This document shows, one piece after another, positions 9,364 to 18,987 of a stretch of DNA of 64,000 nucleotides. Both the position numbers and the translations under genes were made by a program. The notes below the pieces were generated by a model. It was given only the letters and a program-made list of their open reading frames with translations, had not been told where the DNA came from and did not search any database. The stretch's first letter is position 1. The number at the start of each line of letters is the position of its first letter. The stretch spans positions 24,971 through 88,970 of the forward strand of contig CAVUKL010000048.1 in NCBI GenBank assembly GCA_963742015.1, read 5' to 3'. This DNA is from an uncultured Acidobacteriaceae bacterium. Lineage in GTDB: Bacteria; Acidobacteriota; Terriglobia; Terriglobales; Acidobacteriaceae.

Positions 9364-10428
9364 TTAGTAGGTGCTGGGGTGATAGCCAGTGGTCAGCTCG
9401 GCGCGTGGATGACGCCACTTCGGCTCTTTATTCACCGTGGCGTTCGTCAACGACCGGAGGGCGCGTATTCCCACACCATAAGCGCCGATTGCGGTGCTCG
9501 ATAGCTTGGCGCCCGGCGGCTCATCCATGAATGGCATGAACTTGTCAGGGAATCCCGGCATAGTGCAGCCAATACAGATGCCGCCTACATTGGGGCAGCC
9601 CCCGATGCCGGCCATCCAGCCGCGCTTGGGCACATTGCAGTTCACAACCGGGCCCCAGCAGCCCAGCTTCACGATGCATTTGGGCGAGCCGTAGGATGTC
9701 GCAAAATCGCCGCCCTCGTAATAGCCGGCGCGATCGCAGCCTTCATGCACCGTCTTGCCAAAGAGCCAGGTAGGCCGGAGCTGATCATCGAGAGGAATCA
9801 TCGGTGCAAGACCGGCGACCTGATAGAGCAGGTAGAGCACCGTCTCCATAAAGTTGTCCGGTTGCACGGGACACCCAGGCACGTTGACGATCGGCAGCCC
9901 GGCTTTCGACTTCCAGCCCCATCCCAGATAATCGGCCAGCCCCATACAGCCGGTGGGGTTGCCTTCCATGGCATGGATGCCCCCGTAGGTAGCGCAAGTG
10001 CCGCAGGCAATGACCGCCAGCGCTTTGGGGGTCAGACGATCGATCCACTCGTTGGTGGTGATCGGCTGACCGGTGTGCGGATTAGTCCCTAACCCCGCCC
10101 AGTAACCCTCTTTCTTGATCTTCTCATTGGGAATCGACCCTTCAACCACTAGAACGAACGGATCAAGCTGCCCCTTTTCCGCCATGTACCAGAACTTCAG
10201 GAAGTCGTCGCCGTTTTCGTAGGCGAGTACCGGATTGTGCAGGTGGACTTTTGGCAAACCGGGAATCGCTCCCAGCAGCACATCCTCGATGCTGGGCTGG
10301 GTCGCCGCGGTGATAGACACCGAATCTCCGTCGCAGCCGAGACCGGCCGTGATCCAGACTATGTGTACTTCGGCGACGGCTGGTTTTTTCTGGGTGACTC
10401 GTCCGTAAGGTACTGTTTCTTTTGGCAT
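9364..10428 (-). CDS. hhyS: Group 1h [NiFe]-hydrogenase small subunit HhyS
   Basis: GLGCDGDS (Asp-ligated proximal cluster), GTCATYGG, PGCP, HEGCDR, CPNVGGICIGC and a LTTGY tail. No Tat signal. GAGGAG RBS before ATG 10428. Confidence 0.93.
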   Translation of the reverse strand: MPKETVPYGRVTQKKPAVAEVHIVWITAGLGCDGDSVSITAATQPSIEDVLLGAIPGLPKVHLHNPVLAYENGDDFLKFWYMAEKGQLDPFVLVVEGSIPNEKIKKEGYWAGLGTNPHTGQPITTNEWIDRLTPKALAVIACGTCATYGGIHAMEGNPTGCMGLADYLGWGWKSKAGLPIVNVPGCPVQPDNFMETVLYLLYQVAGLAPMIPLDDQLRPTWLFGKTVHEGCDRAGYYEGGDFATSYGSPKCIVKLGCWGPVVNCNVPKRGWMAGIGGCPNVGGICIGCTMPGFPDKFMPFMDEPPGAKLSSTAIGAYGVGIRALRSLTNATVNKEPKWRHPRAELTTGYHPSTY

Positions 10429-10583
10429 AAAACCAATACTCCTCTCAGAAACTTGCCGGTCTGGAGATGGCAGGCGGAGTCTCACCGCCGCCACCATCGA
10501 ACAGGCCATAGGAACAGAGGCCCAAGACCCCTCACAAGCAGGACGCGCCTTATTCTGACCTCATACCAATTACTCGGATTGCT

Positions 10584-10600
10584 ATCGGAGATTCCCTGAT
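10584..10600. promoter_or_regulatory. Candidate response-regulator binding palindrome upstream of hhyS
   Basis: ATCGG-AGATTCC-CTGAT (ATCRG-N7-CYGAT), lying just upstream of the -35 position of a possible minus-strand -10 (CAGAAT, 10552-10557). Confidence 0.45.
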
Positions 10601-10637
10601 GGAAAAAGTGCATCAAAGGGCCGAACGGGGACCCTTT

Positions 10638-11330
10638 TCAGGATTGCTTCTCGCCGATTTTCGATTGGATTGCGTGCTGGACGAGCTCGCGCCCGCTGCG
10701 CAGCGATAGCTTGTCTTTGATGTGGGCCTGGTAGGTTTCGACGGTCTTGATACTGAGATGGAGGGACTCTGCAATCTGGCGCGTGCTGCGGCCTTCTCCG
10801 ATCAACCGGAAGACTTCAAGCTCTCGATCGGACAGCGCCGAAAGGCGCGAATTCAAGTCCGCCGGCCCGCCGCTGATGTATTGGTGAAGCAGCTTATTGG
10901 CCATCTTCTCGCTGAGATAGATGTCTCCGGCAAGGATCCTCCGCAAAGCAATCAGGACCTTCTCGGTGGCTTCCTGCTTCATGATGTAGCCATTCGCGCG
11001 GGCGCGAAGCGCGCGCTCCGCATAGATAGACTCGTCATGCATCGACAGGATCAACACCGGAAGGTCCGGATAGCAGGCACGAAGGTTTTTTAACAGGTCG
11101 AGTCCATCAGGGCCCTTCAGCGAAATGTCCGCAATCAGGATGTCCGGCCTGGCCGCGGCGATCGCCTTCATCGCGGAGTGCGCCTCCTCCGCTTCCCCGC
11201 AAATTGCGAGGTCGGGCTCCTGGTTGATCAACAGCGCGAGGCCCTGACGCAGTAAAGGGTGGTCATCGACGATGAAGACGGTCTTCTTCCGGTTCTGCGA
11301 GACATTCTGCGATTTGGTTAAGTCCGTCAT
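10638..11330 (-). CDS. NarL/FixJ-family (REC + LuxR HTH) response regulator
   Basis: IVDDHPLLRQG, phospho-Asp in LIADISL, ILSMH, GYIMK and LSDRELEVFRLIGEG...SIKTVETY. Confidence 0.93.
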   Translation of the reverse strand: MTDLTKSQNVSQNRKKTVFIVDDHPLLRQGLALLINQEPDLAICGEAEEAHSAMKAIAAARPDILIADISLKGPDGLDLLKNLRACYPDLPVLILSMHDESIYAERALRARANGYIMKQEATEKVLIALRRILAGDIYLSEKMANKLLHQYISGGPADLNSRLSALSDRELEVFRLIGEGRSTRQIAESLHLSIKTVETYQAHIKDKLSLRSGRELVQHAIQSKIGEKQS

Positions 11331-11351
11331 GCGAATGCCAGGGCCTTTCAG

Positions 11352-12966
11352 CTAAGCGCAATCCGAGGCAGGAAAAATGCAGGTGACGACCGTCCCTTTG
11401 TCCGGGTCCGGGTGGATTTCGAGCACGCCGCCAATCATGCCGGCCCGGTAATTCATAATATGCAAACCCATTCCCGGCGATCCCACGGGTACCGCCGGAA
11501 AACCTTTGCCATCGTCTTTGACCAGGAGCCTGCCGCGTCCATTCGCCGCCGTCAACTCGATCTCAATCTTTCCCGGTTTGCCATGCTTGATAGCGTTATT
11601 CACCGCCTCCTGTGCGATGTGGTAGAGGTGAGTGGCCATCGTGTCGTCGTGGATGAGCACCGGGTTCTCACACCGAAAGCGACAGGATACTCCAAAGATG
11701 TCTTCCACATCTGCTGCCCACATCTGCAAAGCGCTCATAAGCCCCCGTGACTCGGCGACCACGGGAAGCAGCCCACGGGACAACTCCCTCGTCTTGTGAA
11801 TCGCCTCGTTCACCAGCCTGACAATCTTCCCGGCGTTTTCGGACTCCGGATTGTCTCTTCTCCGCCAGCTTCGCCTCATGAACTTTGGCCATGAACGCGA
11901 TCCCCGTCAAATGCTGGCCTAGACCGTCATGAAGGTCCTGCCCGATCCGCCGCTGCTCGCGGGCGCTGATCTCCAGCAGCGCTTTTTCTAGATGCTTCCG
12001 CTCGGTGATGTCGATTCCGGTCGCGATGATGTAGTTGGAGGTTTCGCCACTGCCCGGAAGCAGGGTGCTCGTCCAGGCGATCAGGCGCTGTTCTCCATGC
12101 CTCGTAATCCAGCTGCTTTGGTAGTCCTGCGGCAACAGGTCGCTGCGCAACGTTTCAAAGATCGTTCGAAAACGCTCGATCTCCTGCGCGGGAAGAAACA
12201 GGTCCCAGATGCATTTTCCCTGGACCTCTTCCATCGAGTATCCCGTGATAATTTCGCACGCCGGGTTAAAACGCAGAATCCGTCCTTCGCTATCGAGGAC
12301 GACAACCAGCGCCCCAACCGTATCCAGAATCGTTGAGACGAAATTGCGCTCTTCCTGCAGCTGCTCTTCAACCTGCTTGAGATGCGAGATGTCAAAAGCC
12401 ACGCCGTGAATGAACCACGGGCGGCCATCCTCTCGACGCATCATTCTTGCATCGCAATGAAACCAGATCACACGGCCGTCCCGCGCGATCACCCGGTACG
12501 CCGAACGAAGCGGCTTGCCGGAGAGAAACATCTCCGCCGCTTCCAGGCTCCACCGCTGCTTGTCGTCGGGATGAATGTGCTGGTACCAGCGAATCGGATC
12601 TTCCAGCCACTCTTCCCGTGAGTATCCCAGCACGGCCTCGATCTGCGGGCCCACATAAGCTTCGCTGATTCCGCGGTCGAGATAGGCCATGAAGACGACC
12701 GCCGGAATCTGCTCCAGTAGCGCCCGGTATTTCGCTTCCAGGTTCGGCGCCGACGACTCGGCCGCCGCTTTCCCGGTCTCTAGAAAGGCATCAAGAAGAT
12801 CAGCCGAATCCAGCTGCGTGTCGGCAAAAACGCTCGCCAGATCGAGCAGCACGGCTTCGGCTTCGGCCAGATCGGGAAACGCTTCCCGCTGATCGGATAG
12901 CACGGCGCCGCCGTCACGCCTCAGGGCGCTGCCGGGTTCTCCAGCCATCCGCACAGACGAAGACAT
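11352..12966 (-). CDS. Soluble PAS-PAS histidine kinase (HisKA_3/HATPase), split by a probable +1 error near 11858
   Basis: Two PAS/PAC domains (IHPDD..YRVIARDGRVIW; FNPACEIITGYS), H-box RIGQDLHDGLGQHL, then QEAVNNAIKHG, DDGKGF and GMGL in the second frame. No TM helices. Confidence 0.88.
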
Positions 12967-12996
12967 CTCTCACTCCAAACTCAGCCCGAGTCGCCG

Positions 12997-14055
12997 CTAA
13001 CGGAGAGTGGCACCGCCGTCATTCTGGTTGCCCGGCGTGTGGCGTTTCTGCCGCCAGCTCGGCTCTTTGTTGAGCGACGCCTGGGTAAAGCGGCGCAACG
13101 CGTGAATCGCCCGCCCATAGGTCTGAACAGCGGCGGAAGAGAGCAGCGACCCCGGCGGTTGGTTCATAAACGGCATGAACTTGTCCGGGAAGCCCGGCAT
13201 GGTGCAACCGATGCAGATGCCGCCGACATTTGGGCAGCCGCCGATGCCTCCCATCCACCCACGCTTGCCAACATTGCACTGAACGACGGGCCCCCAGCAC
13301 CCCAGCTTCACGATGCATAGCGGCGAACCATACTCTTCCGCAAATTGCGCCTGTTCGTAGTAGCCGCCGCGGTCGCAACCTTCATGCACGGTGCTGCCGA
13401 AGAGCCAGGTCGGCCGCAACGCATCATCCAATGGAATCATAGGCGCGCGCCCCGCGGCCATATTCAGCAAATACAAAAGTGTTTCCATGAAGTTGTCGGG
13501 TTGGACAGGACACCCGGGCACGCAGACGATCGGAATGTCTGCTCTAGAGCGCCACTGCCAGCCCAGGTAATCCGGCAGGCCCATGCAGCCAGTCGGATTC
13601 CCCTCCATGGCGTGAATGCCGCCGTAAGTCGCGCACGTGCCTGCGGCGACCACCGCCCATGCCTTCGGAGCCAGCCGGTCGATCCATTCGCAGGTGGTGA
13701 TTGGCTGGCCAGTGGACGGGTCGGTGCCGAACGATGCCCAGTACCCCTCCGCCTTGTTGGTTTCATCGGGGACCGAGCCCTCGATCACCAGAATGAAAGG
13801 ATTCGAATTTCCCTCCGCTGCGAGGTGAAAACGCCGCATAAACTCGTCGCCATTCTCGGGGGCGAGGAACGGATTATGGAAGTGAACCTTGGGAATCCAC
13901 GGCATCGCGCCGAGCACGATGTCCTCGATGCTGGGCTGAGTGGCCGCAGTGACCGCAATTGTGTCGCCGTCACAGCCCAGGCCCGCGGTGATCCATAAGA
14001 CGTCGATCTCGGCGATGGCTGGCGATGCCCGGTTCGGGCGAGGCTCGGGTCCCAT
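12997..14055 (-). CDS. Second, orphan group 1h hydrogenase small-subunit paralog (HhyS2)
   Basis: All FeS motifs of HhyS are retained (GLGCDGDT, GTCATYGG, PGCP, HEGCDR, CPNVGGICIGC). No adjacent large subunit; divergent C-tail. Confidence 0.9.
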   Translation of the reverse strand: MGPEPRPNRASPAIAEIDVLWITAGLGCDGDTIAVTAATQPSIEDIVLGAMPWIPKVHFHNPFLAPENGDEFMRRFHLAAEGNSNPFILVIEGSVPDETNKAEGYWASFGTDPSTGQPITTCEWIDRLAPKAWAVVAAGTCATYGGIHAMEGNPTGCMGLPDYLGWQWRSRADIPIVCVPGCPVQPDNFMETLLYLLNMAAGRAPMIPLDDALRPTWLFGSTVHEGCDRGGYYEQAQFAEEYGSPLCIVKLGCWGPVVQCNVGKRGWMGGIGGCPNVGGICIGCTMPGFPDKFMPFMNQPPGSLLSSAAVQTYGRAIHALRRFTQASLNKEPSWRQKRHTPGNQNDGGATLR

Positions 14056-14218
14056 GAGGTCGGTGCTCTCTTGTGCGTAATCGCGTAGCGCACTGAAGAT
14101 TCAGCGACCATCTTGGGCCTCAAAGCTGAAATAGGCAAGGCCCCGCGCTGCAGGAGCGGCAGGTACTCGTCGCTTACCTTAAGATTGACGCCAAATCCGC
14201 TGTCGGCTTAAGCCGCGA

Positions 14219-14320
14219 CTACATGCACTGCATCCTGATATACCGGCGAATATCTGGCGCAGCAGAGACCAGCAACGCAAGCACGCCCAGGGAAGCCATC
14301 GTCCAAAAAACTCTCTTCAT
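14219..14320 (-). CDS. 33-aa membrane peptide MKRVFWTMASLGVLALLVSAAPDIRRYIRMQCM (not in the ORF track)
   Basis: Hand-translated. GAGG/AAGGA precedes ATG 14320, stop TAG at 14219. C-terminus matches PDVERYLKLRAM of 3301..3516. Confidence 0.75.
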   Translation of the reverse strand: MKRVFWTMASLGVLALLVSAAPDIRRYIRMQCM

Positions 14321-14459
14321 ATCCTTAACCTCGTATCCACTTTAATCTCGCCTGGCACGGCGGGTAAGTTCCTCTGGGTGTGATGCGATGCGGAGCCTCC
14401 GAGAAGCACACCCGCGTCGTAATTCTGCTCGCGCCGGTAGCGCGCCTTAACCCGCCGCT

Positions 14460-14876
14460 TCAATGTAAGTCTTTGCCCGTGCTGGTTAACACCAGCTGGC
14501 CGTGCTTGACACCCTGCAGACTCAGGATCGCGTCGGCAACCGCCTGGATCGCGCCGCTTCTCCCTTTCATAATCACCACTTCCAGGCAATTGTGATGATC
14601 GAGGTGCACGTGGGTCGCAGCGAGCACCTGGCTTCCCGCATGGTGCTGTACCTCAACCAGCTTTTCAGTGAGGTTCGGGCGGTGGTGGTCGTAAACGATC
14701 GTCAGCGTTCCGGCGACGACCTTGTTCTTGTTCGCCTCTCGAGAAACAAGGTGGTCACGAATGAGGTCTCGGATCGCCTCAGAGCGGTTCTGATACCCCC
14801 GCTCCCGGATCGACTCGTCAAATTGACGGAGCAGCTCCTGCTCCAGAGAAACACCGGTTCTTACAAGGTTGGCCAT
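14460..14876 (-). CDS. nikR: Nickel-responsive regulator NikR
   Basis: RHH start RTGVSL..NRSEAIRDLIR, YDHH, and Ni site HVHLDHHNCLEV. Confidence 0.95.
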   Translation of the reverse strand: MANLVRTGVSLEQELLRQFDESIRERGYQNRSEAIRDLIRDHLVSREANKNKVVAGTLTIVYDHHRPNLTEKLVEVQHHAGSQVLAATHVHLDHHNCLEVVIMKGRSGAIQAVADAILSLQGVKHGQLVLTSTGKDLH

Positions 14877-14959
14877 CGAGCGACCTCCAATATCAACGAA
14901 GAACCATCATACGGAACTGCGGGAGGCAAGTTCGCGAGTTCGGGCTTCCGCCGCCCCGC

Positions 14960-14986
14960 GTAGCATGATTTTCAAAATGGTGTTAT
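14960..14986. promoter_or_regulatory. Candidate NikR operator in the divergent nikR/NiCoT promoter
   Basis: 27-bp near-palindrome GTAGCA-TG-ATTTTCAAAAT-GG-TGTTAT; half sites about 15 bp apart, as in NikR operators. Confidence 0.5.
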
Positions 14987-15025
14987 CTTCGCCTTGCTCG
15001 CTCGTCATCAAAGCTGGAAGCGAAA

Positions 15026-16129
15026 TTGACCCCAACATCCACACTCAATTCGCCCCGGAACTCCGCAGCGCGGACGGGTCTGTGGGCCGTATTCGACGAC
15101 GCCTCAGGCAACGTCCGAGGCAAGGTCGCTGGCATCTACGGCATCCTGTTCCTGTTCAACGTGGCGGCCTGGCTCTGGGCGCTCGTGGCCTTTCGTCATT
15201 ACCCCGTGCTGCTCGGCACCGCACTGCTCGCCTACAGTCTAGGCCTGCGGCATGCTGTAGACGCCGACCACATCGCCGCAATCGACAACGTCACCCGCAA
15301 ACTGATGCAGGAAGGCAAACGCCCCGTGGCGATCGGCTTCCTGTTTTCGCTGGGCCACTCGACGGTCGTGTTACTCGGGTCGGCCGCCATCGCGGCGACT
15401 GCATTAGCTCTGCAGCATCGCATGGATGCGGCCAGACACATCGGCGGAGTGATCGGCACCCTGGTGTCGACTCTGTTTCTGTTTGGCATCGCCGCCGTGA
15501 ATCTGATCGTTCTGCGCTCGATTTATCAGGCCTTTCAGCGGGTTCGTGGCGGCGCGACCTACGTCGAAGAGGACTTTGACCTGTTGCTCGCCGATCGCGG
15601 ATTCCTGGCGCGGCTCTTCCGGCCCATGTTCGCGATCATCTCGCGAAGCTGGCATATGTATCCGCTCGGCGTCTTGTTCGGACTTGGCTTCGATACGGCG
15701 ACTGAGATCGGGCTGCTCGGCATCTCTGCGGCCGAGGCCTCAAAAGGCCTTCCCCTCTGGTCGATTCTGGTCTTCCCCGCGCTTTTTGCGGCAGGCATGT
15801 CGCTGATCGACACAACCGACAACATTCTCATGCTGGGGGCCTATGGGTGGGCTTTCGTGAAGCCAGTCCGCAAACTCTACTACAACATGACCATCACCAT
15901 GCTGTCCGTCGTTGTCGCGCTAGTCGTCGGAGGCATCGAGGCTCTTGGGCTACTGGCAGGCGAGTTCGGCCTCACCGGACTACTTTGGGACACCGTGCGC
16001 AAGCTCAACAACAATTTCGGCGCTCTCGGCTACTGCATCATCGGGATCTTTGCCCTGAGTTGGATCGCCTCCTTCGCGATCTACAAATGGCTACGGGTCG
16101 ATGATCTCGAATGGGCATCCGACTCCTAG
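15026..16129 (+). CDS. NiCoT (HoxN/HupN/NixA) nickel permease
   Basis: Signature GLRHAVDADHIAAID plus FSLGHSTVV and LGFDTATE; multiple TMs. Confidence 0.93.
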   Translation: MTPTSTLNSPRNSAARTGLWAVFDDASGNVRGKVAGIYGILFLFNVAAWLWALVAFRHYPVLLGTALLAYSLGLRHAVDADHIAAIDNVTRKLMQEGKRPVAIGFLFSLGHSTVVLLGSAAIAATALALQHRMDAARHIGGVIGTLVSTLFLFGIAAVNLIVLRSIYQAFQRVRGGATYVEEDFDLLLADRGFLARLFRPMFAIISRSWHMYPLGVLFGLGFDTATEIGLLGISAAEASKGLPLWSILVFPALFAAGMSLIDTTDNILMLGAYGWAFVKPVRKLYYNMTITMLSVVVALVVGGIEALGLLAGEFGLTGLLWDTVRKLNNNFGALGYCIIGIFALSWIASFAIYKWLRVDDLEWASDS

Positions 16130-16180
16130 CCCTCTCGGCTGCGCAACAAGGGCCGGAGGAGCCGCGAGCGTGCGATGCTC

Positions 16181-18863
16181 CTATTGGGTCGTAGCGGTAA
16201 GCGGCAAATCCTCCGAAGACGACCCAGCTCGAAGGGTACGGCTCCCACCCGGCTTGATCCACGCCTTTTTATCAACAGACCAGTACTCAAATGCCCTTGG
16301 GGCGATTTCCAGCGTCACGTCACGTTCTTCGCCCGGTTGCAGGGTAATCCTGTCAAAAGCCGCGAGCGTCTTGGGCGCGAATTGCACGCCTTGCGGTTTA
16401 TTCTCTGGAGCATCGAGGTAAACTTGCGGCACCTCGTCGCCCGCAACGCTGCCGGTGTTCTTGACGCGAACGGATGCGCTCGCGCCGCCATCGGCGGTAG
16501 GCGTCACTTTCAAGTCCGACATCGCAAAGGTGGTGTAGGAGAGCCCAAACCCGAACGGGTACAGCGGCGCAATCTTTTGATCGTCGAACCAGCGATACCC
16601 TATCAGCACGCCTTCGGAGAAGGTCGTCTTGCCGTCGACACCCTTGGCCGAACGTTCAGGATGTGCAGGCGACGTCGCCGGATAATCACTCAATGCCTTT
16701 CGCCCAGGTCATCGGCAAACGTCCTCCGGGATCGCTCTGCCCGAGCAGCGTTTTTGCCGTCGCTACGCCGCCCTCATCTCCGGGCCACCACATCTCAAGC
16801 ACGCCTTTGACCTTGTCAACCCACGGCAACGCCACCGGCTGGCTCGTATTCAGCACCACGACCGTATTGGGATTGACGGCAGCAATCTCCTCGATCAGCT
16901 TGTCCTGATCCCCCGGAAGTTTGAAGTGGGGCTTATCGCGCGTCCAAACAAATACGACGGCGGTCTTCGCATTGCGCGCCGCTTCGATCGCCGCAGCGTG
17001 ATCCCGCTCGCGCGCTTCAGGGGTCATCCAGTTCAACCTCAGTTGAACTGGCGCGTTGGATGTGTCGACGGAAGTTACAACCTCGATCTTGTGCGCGCCC
17101 TTGGTTAGCTGGACTGCTCTGCGCACGTTATCTAGGCCATCTGTTGTGGGTAGCCCATTGTCCTGCGAGGCATGTTGGACATCGCCGTGTACCGTGCCTT
17201 TTACGGCCCCGGTGCGGCCTACCTCTTTGCCATCGATACTCAGGACACCTCGGGTGCCCAAAGCCTGCAAGTAAAACCAGTACGATCCATCGGCCGGAAC
17301 GGTGACTTCACCCTTCCATGTTGCGACGGTATTTGGCGGCAGCGCTTTGCCATTGCTCTTGGTGAAATCGATCGAGGCATCGACGGTTGTGTTGCCCGAA
17401 GCATCTGTCCGCGACAGACCCGGCTTTCCGTCATGTGTGAACAAGTCAGCGCCTATCGGAGTGCCCGTCATGTCGTCATCCACCGCGAAGGTTACCTTGG
17501 CATTGGGCGCCAGCTTCTTCAGCGCGTCAACTGGACCAACCTGGAGGTCTGGCATTCCCGGCGACCGCTCTCCAAATGTGCCGATCGACGCAACCTGACC
17601 GGCGGTCGGCCCGATCATGGCGATCGTGTCGCTAGCTTTCAGCGGAAGGATTCCTCCTTCATTTTTCAGCAGTACCGCCGCATCTTCAGCGGTTTTTTCA
17701 ATGATCGCTCCGTTTCCTTCAGTATCCTGGGGCGTGACTTCATGTTTCTGCTTGCCGTCGAGATAGCCAAAGCGATCGATCTGATAGAGCACCCGCCGCG
17801 CGGCTTCAGTGATCGTCGCTTCAGTAATCGAGCCATCCTTGAGGGCGTCGCGCATCGTCTTCGAGTCCGAATCGCGTGGGAAGGCCGACATATCCATTCC
17901 CGGCGCTCCAGCCTCTTCCGGGATGGTGCCGCCCAGCATTCCGGCAAGAGCAGCGAGGTTTGGCTTGGTGGGCGCGCCTGAGTTCTCCGGCCGCGTTCGG
18001 AAGTAGGTGTGCATCATTCCTGCGAACGGACTGTCGTCAGAGACCTCCCCCGGCATCTCCATCGTGAGCCCTTCGTTGATGAAGTGCACGTTATGCACAC
18101 CACCCCAGTCCGACGTCACAAATCCCTTGAATCCAATCTCGTCGCGGAGGATCGTCTTGAGCGTGTCCGGATTGCCGCACGCGAAGATGCCGTTGATCTT
18201 GTTGTAGGAGCACATGATGGAAGCGACGCCCGCCTTCACCGCGGCATCGAAGGGCGCGACGTACACTTCGTGCAACGTCTGCTGATCGACGAAGATGTTG
18301 TAGGAATCGGAGTCGTACGCCACATAGTGCTTGGCCATCGACATCACGCCTTGCGCCTGTTCGCCGCGGATCTCCGCAGCGCCCATAGCGCCGTTGAGGA
18401 ATGGGTCTTCGCCAAGGGTGTTATAGCTGCGCGCGAAGGTGATATCGCGGTCGATATTGATGAATGGCTGCAGCACGACGTCGATGCCCAGAGACCGCGC
18501 TTCGCGGCCGATCGCCACTCCATTCTGCTCTGCGTCCTTGAGGCTCCAGGTAGCGGCCACACCCATGGTTGCCGTTTGCGCCTGTCCAGCAACCCGGGTC
18601 AGTACTCCGGGAGGGCCATCCGCCATGCGCAGCGGAGGAATCCCGAGTCGAGGCACGCCCGGCAGATAACCCGCCTGCCCTTGGTTCGTCGCGGCCGGCT
18701 CTACGTCGCCGCGAATCAGGTTCATCTTCTCTTCGAGTGTCATCTGCTTAAGCAGACTGTCGACACGCGACTCATCGGCCTTATCGGCCGGGACCACCTG
18801 CGCCCTGGCCAAGAGGGAAGACGTCACAAGCAAAAGACAAACTGCAGCAATTCTTCGCATCAT
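16181..18863 (-). CDS. Secreted GH3 beta-glucosidase with PA14 and Fn3-like domains (probable +1 error near 16699)
   Basis: Signal peptide, DGPPG, AKHY, MCSYN, VTSDW and PFGFGLSYT. Removing one A from GCGAAAGGCA joins the two frames. Confidence 0.88.
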
Positions 18864-18987
18864 CGCTCCTCGAATTCGCTAAATCCACTCCCGGAATCCA
18901 TAGTGAACGATAATCCTATTCCTCCAAGGCAATAGTCGAAACCCACCATCCCAAGCTTTGGCGTTATTCTGCAGTTGTTAGCTCGAT

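Noticed and set aside
11845-11870. Programmed frameshift or pseudogenisation of the kinase
   Set aside because: No slippery heptamer, and it is the same +1 pattern seen in unrelated housekeeping genes.
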